The notes under the pieces: model-generated
Told to the model about the DNA's origin: nothing
What the model saw: only the letters and a program-made list of their open reading frames with translations
The model's database searches: none
NCBI GenBank assembly: GCA_049967655.1
Contig: JBMFSH010000028.1
Coordinates: forward strand, 1-35,752
DNA from: Acidobacteriota bacterium
GTDB taxonomy: Bacteria > Acidobacteriota > UBA4820 > DSQY01
Direction: 5' to 3'
DNA: 35,752 nt
In this document: positions 8,822 to 17,183 of the stretch, piece by piece
Position numbering within the stretch: position 1 is the first letter of the stretch
Layout of the letters: each line of letters starts with the position of its first letter
Made by a program: the position numbers and the translations under genes

Positions 8822-9829
8822 ATGAGGGAGCACTGGAAAAAACTCTCGGAGATCGTCGGCCGCTTCGCGGGCGTCCGCGTGGTCGTGGCGGGTGACCTGG
8901 TACTGGACCGATTCTGGTACGGGACCGTACAGCGGATCTCGCGCGAGGCGCCCGTGCCCATCGTGCGGTTGACGAGGACGCGGCTCGTACCGGGCTGCGC
9001 CGCCAATACGGCGTGGAACCTGGCGGCGCTGGGCGCCACGCCCGTGCCCGTCGGCGTGGCGGGTCAGGACCGGGAGGGAGATGCCCTCCTGAGCCTCTTC
9101 GCGGAGAAGGGCATACCCCTGGATGCGATCGCCAGGCCCGAAGTCTGGGAGACTCCCACCAAGACGCGCATCCTGGCGGGGCCCCTCCATGGTCCCAAGC
9201 AGCAGCTGGCCAGGGTGGACTCGGGCGAGGCCAACGTCTTCACGCCCGATCTGGTCTCCGAGCTGAGAAGCGCCCTGCTCCGGGCGTTGGAGGGCGCGGG
9301 GGCCCTGATCCTGTCGGACTACGGCCTGGGGCTGGTACCGGCCGTCGGAGTGGCGGAGTACGCGGGAGCGGTTCCCGTGTCGGCCCTGGATTCGCGTTTT
9401 GCCCTCGCGCAGTTTCATGGGTTGACCACGGCCACCCCCAACGAGGAGGAGTTCGAGGAGGCGTGCGAAGTCAGCCTCGGCGACGACGAGGCCCTGCTGG
9501 AGAGCGTGGGCGAGAGCCTTCGGGCCCGCATGGGGCTTAAGGCGCTGCTGGTGACTCGGGGCGCCAAGGGGATGAGCCTCTTCGAGCCCGGGCAGAGGCC
9601 CCTGCACCTGCCCGTCGTGGGTTCAGACCAGGTGGTGGACGTGACCGGGGCCGGAGACACGGTCATCGCGGCCTACGTGCTCGCCCTCTGCGCGGGCGCC
9701 ACCTTCCCGGAGGCCGCCGCCATTGCCAACGCCGCCGGCGGCATCGTGGTCCAGAAGCACGGCACCGCCACCACCGATGTCGAGGAGTTGAAGGCCACCC
9801 TTCAGGCCTGGGGAGAGGGGAAAGTGTGA
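8822..9829 (+). CDS. Heptose-7-phosphate kinase (RfaE/HldE domain I, PfkB family)
   Basis: GDLVLDRF...RISREAPVP, TPTKTRI, LSDYG, TPNEEE, VTRGAKGM, DVTGAGDTV. Confidence 0.93.
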   Translation: MREHWKKLSEIVGRFAGVRVVVAGDLVLDRFWYGTVQRISREAPVPIVRLTRTRLVPGCAANTAWNLAALGATPVPVGVAGQDREGDALLSLFAEKGIPLDAIARPEVWETPTKTRILAGPLHGPKQQLARVDSGEANVFTPDLVSELRSALLRALEGAGALILSDYGLGLVPAVGVAEYAGAVPVSALDSRFALAQFHGLTTATPNEEEFEEACEVSLGDDEALLESVGESLRARMGLKALLVTRGAKGMSLFEPGQRPLHLPVVGSDQVVDVTGAGDTVIAAYVLALCAGATFPEAAAIANAAGGIVVQKHGTATTDVEELKATLQAWGEGKV

Positions 9830-9924
9830 GGAAGGCGGAAGGCGGTAAGGGATTCACCACCCAGGCACGAAGGCACGAGAGGTTCTCGTATGGTTCAGGT
9901 GTGTACGAGAGCGAGAAAGTGCTC

Positions 9925-9994
9925 GTAGGAGCGCTCTCCAGAGCGCGATCCCTGAAGCCGGCACGGCGAATCGGCCTCTGGAGAGGCCTCCTAC
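9925..9994. repeat. Inverted pair of GTAG-type REP sequences (REPIN-like)
   Basis: GTAGGAGCGCTCTCCAGAGCGCGAT (9925-9949) and, on the minus strand, GTAGGAGGCCTCTCCAGAGGCCGAT (9970-9994). Confidence 0.85.
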
Positions 9995-10031
9995 GAATTG
10001 GCCACACTCCCCACTCCTAAGAAGGGTTTTC

Positions 10032-10529
10032 ATGCCCAGTCCATTTGAGAAACGCATCGCTTCCAAGATTCTGAGCCGCCGAGAGGCGGCAGAACGGCTC
10101 GCCCGCGGCGCCCGGAGAGGGGAGACGCTGGCGCTGGCCAACGGCTGCTTCGACCTCCTCCACGTGGGCCACGTGCGCTACCTCCAGGGGGCGAAGCGAG
10201 AGGCTGACCTCCTCCTCGTGGCGCTCAACGCCGATGCCTCGGTGCGCGCCCTCAAGGGAGAGGGAAGGCCCATCCAACCCGAGCAGGATCGCCTCGAAAT
10301 CATCGCCAGTCTGGCCTGCGTGGATTACGTGACGCTCTTTGAAGAGCTGACCGTGGCGCCGCTCATCCAACTGCTGGAGCCCGACGTCCACTGCAAGGGG
10401 ACGGACTACACTCCCGAGACGGTGCCCGAGCGCGAGGCGGTCCTGCGGTACAAAGGACGCATCGCCATCGTGGGCGACCCGAAGGACCACGACAGCAGCG
10501 CCATCATCCGGAGGCTCACTCCACGGTGA
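10032..10529 (+). CDS. Heptose-1-phosphate adenylyltransferase (RfaE/HldE domain II)
   Basis: ANGCFDLLHVGHVRYL, ALNADASVRALKG, KGTDY. Confidence 0.94.
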   Translation: MPSPFEKRIASKILSRREAAERLARGARRGETLALANGCFDLLHVGHVRYLQGAKREADLLLVALNADASVRALKGEGRPIQPEQDRLEIIASLACVDYVTLFEELTVAPLIQLLEPDVHCKGTDYTPETVPEREAVLRYKGRIAIVGDPKDHDSSAIIRRLTPR

Positions 10530-10695
10530 CGGCGCCGGTGGGGCAGTGCTCGACGCAGAGCCAACAGCCCGTGCAGCTCTCGGGACGCACCACGACCACC
10601 TGGGAGACCTTGAGCTCGAAGACCTCCTCGGGGCAGAGCTCGAAGCAGTATCCGCTGTTTTCGCAGACTTCGTAATCGATGGTCACGGTATACAA
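10516..10695 (-). CDS. Dicluster ferredoxin (59 aa)
   Basis: GAGGAG RBS and TTG start; CENSGYCFELCP and CTGCWLCVEHCP. Confidence 0.88.
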   Translation of the reverse strand: MYTVTIDYEVCENSGYCFELCPEEVFELKVSQVVVVRPESCTGCWLCVEHCPTGAVTVE

Positions 10696-10763
10696 GGCCG
10701 GCTCCTCATTTTCCGTGAATGTAGCGTGAGATGGGGTGCGGGGCAAGCGGAGGGCCTCTCCAC

Positions 10764-10920
10764 GGGTGCGCCGGCGGCGACGGACCTCCTGCTGCGTCAC
10801 GCTTCGGCGTCCGCATCCTCAGCGTACAGGAAGTACGCTTGCGGTGCGACCGAGCCCCTCCTTGGGGAGCGCCCCCGCGCGACGCGCCGGGCCGCGCCTT
10901 CCTCCGCTTCGCTCCGGAAG
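10764..10920 (+). repeat. Structured intergenic repeat with GCGTAC-N5-GTACGC hairpin
   Basis: 10764-10846 aligns ungapped with 30791-30873 at 70/83 identity. Confidence 0.85.
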
Positions 10921-10996
10921 GCAGAGCACTCTATAGTGAACTGGAATTGTTTTGGACAGCCGTGCTCTGGGGTAGAATGGCGCGGGAGGTCGGGTT

Positions 10997-12094
10997 ATGG
11001 CACTTTCGTGTGGCATCGTGGGGCTTCCGAGGGTGGGGAAGACGACCCTCTTCAACGCGCTGACGGCCGCCAACGCCCAGGTGGGCGCCTTCACGAGCGC
11101 CTCCGCGGACCCCAACATCGCCGTGGTGGGCGTTCCCGATCCCAGGCTCGACGAGCTGGGCAAGGTGAACCGCTCGAAGAAGATCACCCCCACGACGCTT
11201 CGCTTCGTGGACGTGGCGGGGCTCGTGCGCGGCTCGGCCCAGGGCGGGGGCTCGGGCAACCAGTTCCTGGCGCACATCCGCGAGGTGGACGCCATCGTCC
11301 ACGTGGTCCGCTGCTTCGAGGACGAGCAGGTGATCCACGAGGACGGCTCCGTCAACCCGGCGCGGGACGTGGAGACCATCCACCTGGAGCTGGCCCTGTC
11401 GGACCTCGCCACCGTGGAGAGGCGCCGCGAGCGGGTCATCAAGCTGGCGCGCACGGGCGACGCCCCGGCCAAGCGGCTGCTGGCGGCGCTGGAGGCCGTG
11501 AAGGCCCAGCTCGACGAGGGGCGCCCGGCGCGGGAGGCCCGCCTGCCCAAGGAGGAGTGGGCCCTGCTCAGCGACCTCAACCTGCTCACGATCAAGCCCA
11601 TTCTCTACGTGGCCAACATCGACGAGACGGGGCTCGCGCCGGACCACCCCCACGCCTCGGCGCTGGAGGCGGTGGCGGCGGCCGAGCAAGCGCCCTGCGT
11701 CCGCGTCTGCGGGAAGATCGAGGCGGAGATGGCCGGGCTCCCGCCGGAGGAGCGGGCGGAGTTCATGGAGGCCTACGGGCTCAAGGAGTCGGCCCTCAGC
11801 CAGATCATCCACGCCGGCTTCGACCTCCTGGGCCTCATGACCTTTCTGACCGCCGGCGAGGACGAGACGCGGGCCTGGACCATCACCAAGGGCACGCGGG
11901 CCCCCCAGGCGGCGGGCAAGATTCACAGCGACCTCGAGCGGGGTTTCATCCGGCTGGAGGTTTACTCCTACGAGGACTGGCTGGCCTGCGGACGGGACGA
12001 GAAGAAGATCAAGGAGAAGGGCCTCTGGCGCTCGGAGGGCAAGGAGTACGTCATGCGCGAGGGCGACGTCTGCCTCTTCCGGTTCAACGTGTGA
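10997..12094 (+). CDS. ychF: YchF/Ola1-family ATPase with divergent G1/G2 motifs
   Basis: GIVGLPRVGKTTLFNALT, FVDVAGLV, GNQFLAHIREVDAIVHVVRCF, APQAAGKIHSDLERGFIR, EGKEYVMREGDV...FRFNV. Confidence 0.93.
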   Translation: MALSCGIVGLPRVGKTTLFNALTAANAQVGAFTSASADPNIAVVGVPDPRLDELGKVNRSKKITPTTLRFVDVAGLVRGSAQGGGSGNQFLAHIREVDAIVHVVRCFEDEQVIHEDGSVNPARDVETIHLELALSDLATVERRRERVIKLARTGDAPAKRLLAALEAVKAQLDEGRPAREARLPKEEWALLSDLNLLTIKPILYVANIDETGLAPDHPHASALEAVAAAEQAPCVRVCGKIEAEMAGLPPEERAEFMEAYGLKESALSQIIHAGFDLLGLMTFLTAGEDETRAWTITKGTRAPQAAGKIHSDLERGFIRLEVYSYEDWLACGRDEKKIKEKGLWRSEGKEYVMREGDVCLFRFNV

Positions 12095-12162
12095 GGCCTC
12101 GCGCCTTCCGGGAAGCTCCACCGAAGCCTCCCGCCTGAAGGAGCTCGCCGATGGGAGGAACC

Positions 12163-12567
12163 ATGGATCTGGACCTTTCGAGAGGGGTGGCCTCGTCCAC
12201 CCACCTGATCATGCCCGACGACACCAACCCCCTGGGATCGCTCTTCGGCGGCAGGGCGGTGGAGTGGATGGACATCGCCGCCGGGCTGGCGGCCATCCGC
12301 CTCTGCGCCCACCACTGCGTCACGGCCTCCATCGAGCGGCTGGACTTCCGGGTCCCCGTCCGCTGGGGCCAGGTGGCGGTGGTGGAGGCCCAGGTCATCG
12401 GGGTGGGGCGCACCTCCATGCAGGTGCAGGTCAACATGTACCGCGAGGATCCCAAGACCGGCCAGCGCGAGCTCTGCACCCGGGGCCTCTTCCACATGGT
12501 GGCCCTGGACGAGAAGGGGAAGCCCACGCCGGTCTTTTCCGCCCCGTCCGGGGGTGAGCGGGTGTGA
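12163..12567 (+). CDS. Acyl-CoA thioesterase (hotdog fold, YciA-like)
   Basis: IMPDDTNPLGSLFGG...WMD, GRTSM, MVALDEKGKP; GGAGG RBS. Confidence 0.92.
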   Translation: MDLDLSRGVASSTHLIMPDDTNPLGSLFGGRAVEWMDIAAGLAAIRLCAHHCVTASIERLDFRVPVRWGQVAVVEAQVIGVGRTSMQVQVNMYREDPKTGQRELCTRGLFHMVALDEKGKPTPVFSAPSGGERV

Positions 12568-13442
12568 CAGGCAGACGGGGGCTGCCCACGAGGGCCCCGT
12601 GGGGCGCCGCGGCCCTGCTCTTCGCCGGCCTCCTGCTCCCGTCCCTCTCCCCGGCCCCCGCGCAGACGACACCTCCGGCTGTCGTCGGCGAGCTGCACGG
12701 CGTCCTGGAGAGCTCCGCGCGGGACCTCTGCCGGCTCTATGACGTTCCTCCCGCCCTCTGCTCCCAGCCCGTTCACGTCTGCGTGGTTCAGAACGCCTCC
12801 GCGCTGCCCGCCGAGTGGCGGGGTTTCCCGGCCTACGCGGCGGGCGCCGCGGAGCCGGCCTCCGGGCGCATCCTGATCGACCTCTCCCGGTGCGGCCCCT
12901 ACCCCTTCGGCGACGCGGCCCAGACCCTTCGCCACGAGGTCTCCCACGTCATGCTCTACCGGGCCCTGGGCTACGAGCCGCCGCGCTGGCTGGACGAGGG
13001 GCTGGCCATGCGCGCCTCGGGCGACTGGAGCTTCTCGGACTCGGTCTACGCAACCCTGGCCCTGCCGTACGTGGCCAGGGGGAGCTGGAGCCTTCAGCGC
13101 GTGGAGGCCGACTTCGCGGGGGGCGAGGGCTCGGTGCGCCGCTCCTACGCGCTGGTCAAGGGCTTTGTGAGGGACCTCTTCCCCGATGATGCCAGCGTGA
13201 CGGCCTTCGTCGTGGAGGCCCGCCGCGACGGCTCCGTGGGAGAAGCCTTCCGCAGGCGCTTCGGCGTGAGCCCCGAGGCGGCCTTTCGCGCCTGGGCCAA
13301 AGACATGCCCTGGTGGGGGAGGTGGCTCGAGGAGGCCACCTCGCCCGCCGTGCTCTGGCTCGCCGTCACCCTCCTCTTTCTCCTCGCGGCAGCCGCCGCC
13401 TGGCGCCGCCGTCGCCGGAAGTACGAGGCCCTGCCCGACTAG
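12564..13442 (+). CDS. Membrane-anchored clan MA (gluzincin-like) metallopeptidase
   Basis: Signal peptide, HEVSH then PRWLDEGLA, C-terminal TM helix and RRRRRK. Confidence 0.85.
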   Translation: MTGRRGLPTRAPWGAAALLFAGLLLPSLSPAPAQTTPPAVVGELHGVLESSARDLCRLYDVPPALCSQPVHVCVVQNASALPAEWRGFPAYAAGAAEPASGRILIDLSRCGPYPFGDAAQTLRHEVSHVMLYRALGYEPPRWLDEGLAMRASGDWSFSDSVYATLALPYVARGSWSLQRVEADFAGGEGSVRRSYALVKGFVRDLFPDDASVTAFVVEARRDGSVGEAFRRRFGVSPEAAFRAWAKDMPWWGRWLEEATSPAVLWLAVTLLFLLAAAAAWRRRRRKYEALPD

Positions 13443-13546
13443 CCCGCCGCATCGGGGGTGTGAGAAGACCGATCTCTGGCCACAACCCGGAGGGTCCGAG
13501 CGCCCCTCGAAGTGGCACTCGACCGCCTCCTGGACCTTCTCCTCGC

Positions 13547-13564
13547 TCCATCGCGGAATTGGGG
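13547..13564. repeat. Solo TIR of the MITE family
   Basis: tccatcgcggaattgggg; no partner end recognised. Confidence 0.6.
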
Positions 13565-13716
13565 AGCGCCGCTCCAGAATGCATGGTCCACAGCCACCGT
13601 TGATGTGAATCGCCATGATGATGGGTGAAAGATAATCTACCCTCCACCCTCCACCGCCACAGCGCCCCCGGCGCCCAATTCGGGTATACTATTTCCTCTT
13701 CCGAGGGGAGGCGCCC

Positions 13717-14868
13717 GTGAACTTTGAGCTGACCGAAGAACAGCAGGTCCTGAAGGAGACGGTGAGGTCTTTCGCTGAGGAGCAGATCCGCCCGCACGTC
13801 CGCGAATGGGAGGCGAAGTGCGAGCTGCCCCGCAGCCTCTACGACAAGCTCGGCGAGATGGGGTTCATGGGGGTCATCTTCCCCGAGGAGCTGGGTGGGG
13901 CGGGGATGAGCTACATGGACTACGTGATCGTCGTGGAGGAGCTCTCCCGCGTGGACCCCTCCGTCGGCATCAGCGTAGCCGCCCACAACTCGCTCTGCAG
14001 CAACCACATCTACCTGTGGGGCACGGACGAGCAGAGGCGGCGCTTCCTCCCCCGGCTCGCCTCGGGCGAGGTCGTGGGCGCGTGGGCGCTGACCGAACCC
14101 GGCTCCGGCTCCGACGCGGCGGGGCTGAGGACCACCGCCGTGCGCAAGGGCGACGGGTGGATCCTCAACGGCAACAAGACCTTCTGCACCCACGCCACCA
14201 TCGGTGGCATCGCCGTGGTCATGGTGCTCACGGACAAGAGCGATCCCCACCACGGGGTGACGGCCTTCGTCATCGAGAAGGGGACCCCCGGCTTCCGCTC
14301 CGGAAAGCGCGAGAAGAAGCTCGGGCTGAGGGCCTCGGACACGAGCGAGCTCATCCTGGAGGACTGCTACGTTCCCGACGAGAACCGGCTCGGGGAGGTG
14401 AACCAGGGCTTTCAGAACGCGCTGGCGGTCCTAGACGGCGGGCGGATCTCCATTGCCTCGCTCTCCCTCGGCGGCGCGCAGGGGGCCTTCGATACGGCGC
14501 TGGCCTACTCGCAGCAGCGGGAGGCCTTCGGACAGAAGATCTGCGAGTTCCAGGCCATCCAGTGGGCCCTTGCCGACATGGCCACGCGCATCGAGGCGGC
14601 CCGGCTGCTCACCATGCAGGCGGCGGCCAAGAAGGACAAGGGCCAGCGGGTGACCAAGCTCTCGGCCATGGCCAAGCTCTACGCCGCCGAGGTTTCGGTG
14701 TGGGCCGGCGAAAGGGCCGTGCAGATCCTGGGAGGCTACGGCTTCACGGAGGATTTCCTGGCGGAGAAGTTCTACCGCGACTCGAAGCTGAACACCATCG
14801 GCGAAGGGACGAGCGAGGTCCAGCGGCTGGTCATCGCGCGCCAGCTCTTGAAGGAGTGGGGGGCCTGA
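13717..14868 (+). CDS. Acyl-CoA dehydrogenase (short/branched-chain type)
   Basis: [51 protein letters not shown]. Confidence 0.96.
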   Translation: MNFELTEEQQVLKETVRSFAEEQIRPHVREWEAKCELPRSLYDKLGEMGFMGVIFPEELGGAGMSYMDYVIVVEELSRVDPSVGISVAAHNSLCSNHIYLWGTDEQRRRFLPRLASGEVVGAWALTEPGSGSDAAGLRTTAVRKGDGWILNGNKTFCTHATIGGIAVVMVLTDKSDPHHGVTAFVIEKGTPGFRSGKREKKLGLRASDTSELILEDCYVPDENRLGEVNQGFQNALAVLDGGRISIASLSLGGAQGAFDTALAYSQQREAFGQKICEFQAIQWALADMATRIEAARLLTMQAAAKKDKGQRVTKLSAMAKLYAAEVSVWAGERAVQILGGYGFTEDFLAEKFYRDSKLNTIGEGTSEVQRLVIARQLLKEWGA

Positions 14869-14995
14869 GGAGCCGCGCCGCGCGGGCGGCCGGTGCCCGC
14901 CCGCCCGCGCGGAGACGGGCTCCACCGGGTTGACCCGGAGACAGGCGCCCCCGGGAAAAGGCCAAAGAACCGCATTCGATCAGGGAGGAGTGCCC

Positions 14996-15949
14996 GTGCA
15001 TCCCTTGTCAGAAAAGGTCGTCGCCGGGGACAGGCGGGCCCTCGCGCGCTGCCTGAGCGTGGTGGAGGATCGCAGGGAGGGCTACCTCGACATCCTGGGC
15101 GACCTGTACCGGCGCGGGGGCCGGGGCCGCATCATCGGCATCACGGGTCCTCCCGGGGCCGGCAAGTCCACGCTGGTGGACAAGCTCATCGGGGCCTACC
15201 GCGAACAGAACCTGACGGTCGCCGTGGCCGCGGTGGACCCCTCCTCGGCCTTCTCCGGCGGGGCCATCCTGGGAGACCGCATCCGGATGCAGGGGCGGGC
15301 CCTGGACGAGGGCGTCTTCATCCGCTCCATGGCCACCCGCGGGCACATGGGCGGGCTCTCCGGCGCCACGGGCGACGCCCTCACCGTCCTGGACGCCGCC
15401 GGCTTTGACGTGATCCTCGTGGAGACGGTGGGCGTGGGCCAGGACGAGGTGGACATCGTGCGCGAGGCGGACACGGTGCTCGTGCTGCTCGTGCCCGGCA
15501 TGGGGGACGACATCCAGGTGATCAAGGCCGGCATCATGGAGATCGCCGACGTCTTCGTCATCAACAAGGCCGACCGCGACGGCGTGGACCGGGTGGAGCG
15601 GGAGCTGCACAGCGCGCTCACGCTGGCGGGGGAGGAGCTGGCCTGGACGCCTCCCATCCTCAAGACCGTGGCCTACCGGGGCGAGGGCGTCCCCGAACTG
15701 GTGGCGGCGGTGGAGAGGCATCGGGAACACCTCGCCGCGAGCGAGGAGGGCCGGGGCCGCCTCCTGCTCAAGTTCACGCAGAAGTTCAGCGACCTGCTGG
15801 CGGAAGGCTTCCTGGCGAGGCTGCGGGAGCGCTGGCTCCCGCCCGAGGAGGAGCGGCGCCTGCTGGAGGCCTTCGTGCGCAGGGAGGCGGACCCCTACAC
15901 AGCCTCCGACGAAATCCTGCGCCGCATCTGCTGGGAGGTGCGGCCTTGA
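14996..15949 (+). CDS. meaB: Methylmalonyl-CoA mutase-associated GTPase
   Basis: GITGPPGAGKST, AVDPSSAFSGGAILGDRIRM, ETVGVGQDE, KAGIMEIAD, INKAD. Confidence 0.96.
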   Translation: MHPLSEKVVAGDRRALARCLSVVEDRREGYLDILGDLYRRGGRGRIIGITGPPGAGKSTLVDKLIGAYREQNLTVAVAAVDPSSAFSGGAILGDRIRMQGRALDEGVFIRSMATRGHMGGLSGATGDALTVLDAAGFDVILVETVGVGQDEVDIVREADTVLVLLVPGMGDDIQVIKAGIMEIADVFVINKADRDGVDRVERELHSALTLAGEELAWTPPILKTVAYRGEGVPELVAAVERHREHLAASEEGRGRLLLKFTQKFSDLLAEGFLARLRERWLPPEEERRLLEAFVRREADPYTASDEILRRICWEVRP

Positions 15950-16344
15950 AACTTGACCACGTGGGCATCGCCGTGGAGGATCTGGAGGCCGCCGGCCGCC
16001 TCTACGAGGCCCTGGGCCTCGCCTGCTCCGGCCGCGAGGAGGTGGAGGAGCAGAAGGTGGAGGTGGCCTTCTACCCCCTCGGCGAGACCCGCCTCGAACT
16101 GCTCCAGTCCACGGACCCCGAGGGGCCCATCGGGAAATTCATCGCCAGGAAGGGAGCGGGGCTTCACCACCTCTGCGTGGAGGTTCCGGACGTGGCGGTG
16201 GCGCTGGAGCGCCTGGCCGTAGAGGGGTTCGAGCTCATCGACCGGGTTCCCCGCAAGGGCGCCGGCGGCTGCAAGGTGGCCTTCGTCCACCCGAAATCCA
16301 CGGGAGGAGTCCTTCTTGAGCTCTCCGAAAAGCCCCGAAAGTAG
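15946..16344 (+). CDS. mce: Methylmalonyl-CoA epimerase
   Basis: LDHVGIAV, GLHHLCVEV, VAFVHPKSTGGVLLEL; coupled to meaB. Confidence 0.95.
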   Translation: MKLDHVGIAVEDLEAAGRLYEALGLACSGREEVEEQKVEVAFYPLGETRLELLQSTDPEGPIGKFIARKGAGLHHLCVEVPDVAVALERLAVEGFELIDRVPRKGAGGCKVAFVHPKSTGGVLLELSEKPRK

Positions 16345-16414
16345 GAAGCAGACTCACTCCCGCCGCCGGAGCCCGACGGAGCGCCACTCGGCGGCGGCCG
16401 GTCCTGGAAGCTGC

Positions 16415-16705
16415 GTGATTCTCCACCTGCGCGACCCGCGGGAGAAGAGCTGGGGCCTGCTCCTCAGGATGGACCCCACGGGTGTCTGGATGCGGGGGAT
16501 GGACCTGGGCTCCGTGGAGGACTGGGCCCGCCAAGTGGCCGCTGGCGCCAGCGGGACCATGGGGCTGGCCACCTTCTTCGTCCCCTACGCGAGATTGGAG
16601 AAGATCGTGCTGGATGAGCCGCTGGGCCCCGTTCCGTCGCTGGCCCAGCGCTTCGCAGAGATCACCGGCGTGGCCCTCCTGGCACACCTTGATGGCGAGG
16701 ATTAA
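16415..16705 (+). CDS. Hypothetical protein, start uncertain
   Basis: Globular-looking beta-rich sequence (LHLRDPREKSWGLL...RGMDL...RLEKIVLDE) with GC3-biased codons. Confidence 0.7.
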   Translation: MILHLRDPREKSWGLLLRMDPTGVWMRGMDLGSVEDWARQVAAGASGTMGLATFFVPYARLEKIVLDEPLGPVPSLAQRFAEITGVALLAHLDGED

Positions 16706-16732
16706 CCCGCCGGAGCACCCGAGGAGTCGCCC

Positions 16733-17005
16733 ATGTACGATCCCGCCGACGAGAAGGTGGACGCGCTCTTTGGCGCCCTCGCCACGCTGTTGCAGGGGCT
16801 CCAGCCGGCCCTCGTGAAGAAGCTGCTCTCTCGGCTCTTCGAGGAGATGGCCCTGCACGAGATCCTCGCCGAGCAGGCAGCGGGACACCCGCTGCCCGAG
16901 GAGGCCGTGGAGGAGGGACTGGCGGAGCACTGGGAGCGTGTGGAGGAGCTGCGTAACGACAAGGCCGCCGCCTTCCTCCACGCCATCCAGATGGAGGAGT
17001 TCTGA
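16733..17005 (+). CDS. Hypothetical acidic helical protein (90 aa)
   Basis: GAGGAG RBS; strong codon bias. Confidence 0.75.
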   Translation: MYDPADEKVDALFGALATLLQGLQPALVKKLLSRLFEEMALHEILAEQAAGHPLPEEAVEEGLAEHWERVEELRNDKAAAFLHAIQMEEF

Positions 17006-17183
17006 GGGGCGGTGGAGGGTGGAGGGTGGAGGCGCTGACGGTGCCTTGCCTTTCTCCACCCTACACGCTCTACCGGACCCAAATCGGAGTATAATCACCG
17101 TCTGTCCAGTGGTGCCGGAAGACGGAGGGAGCCCGGAATCCTCGGGCCTTTCCTTGTCCGCGACATGAACGTGGAGGTCTTTG

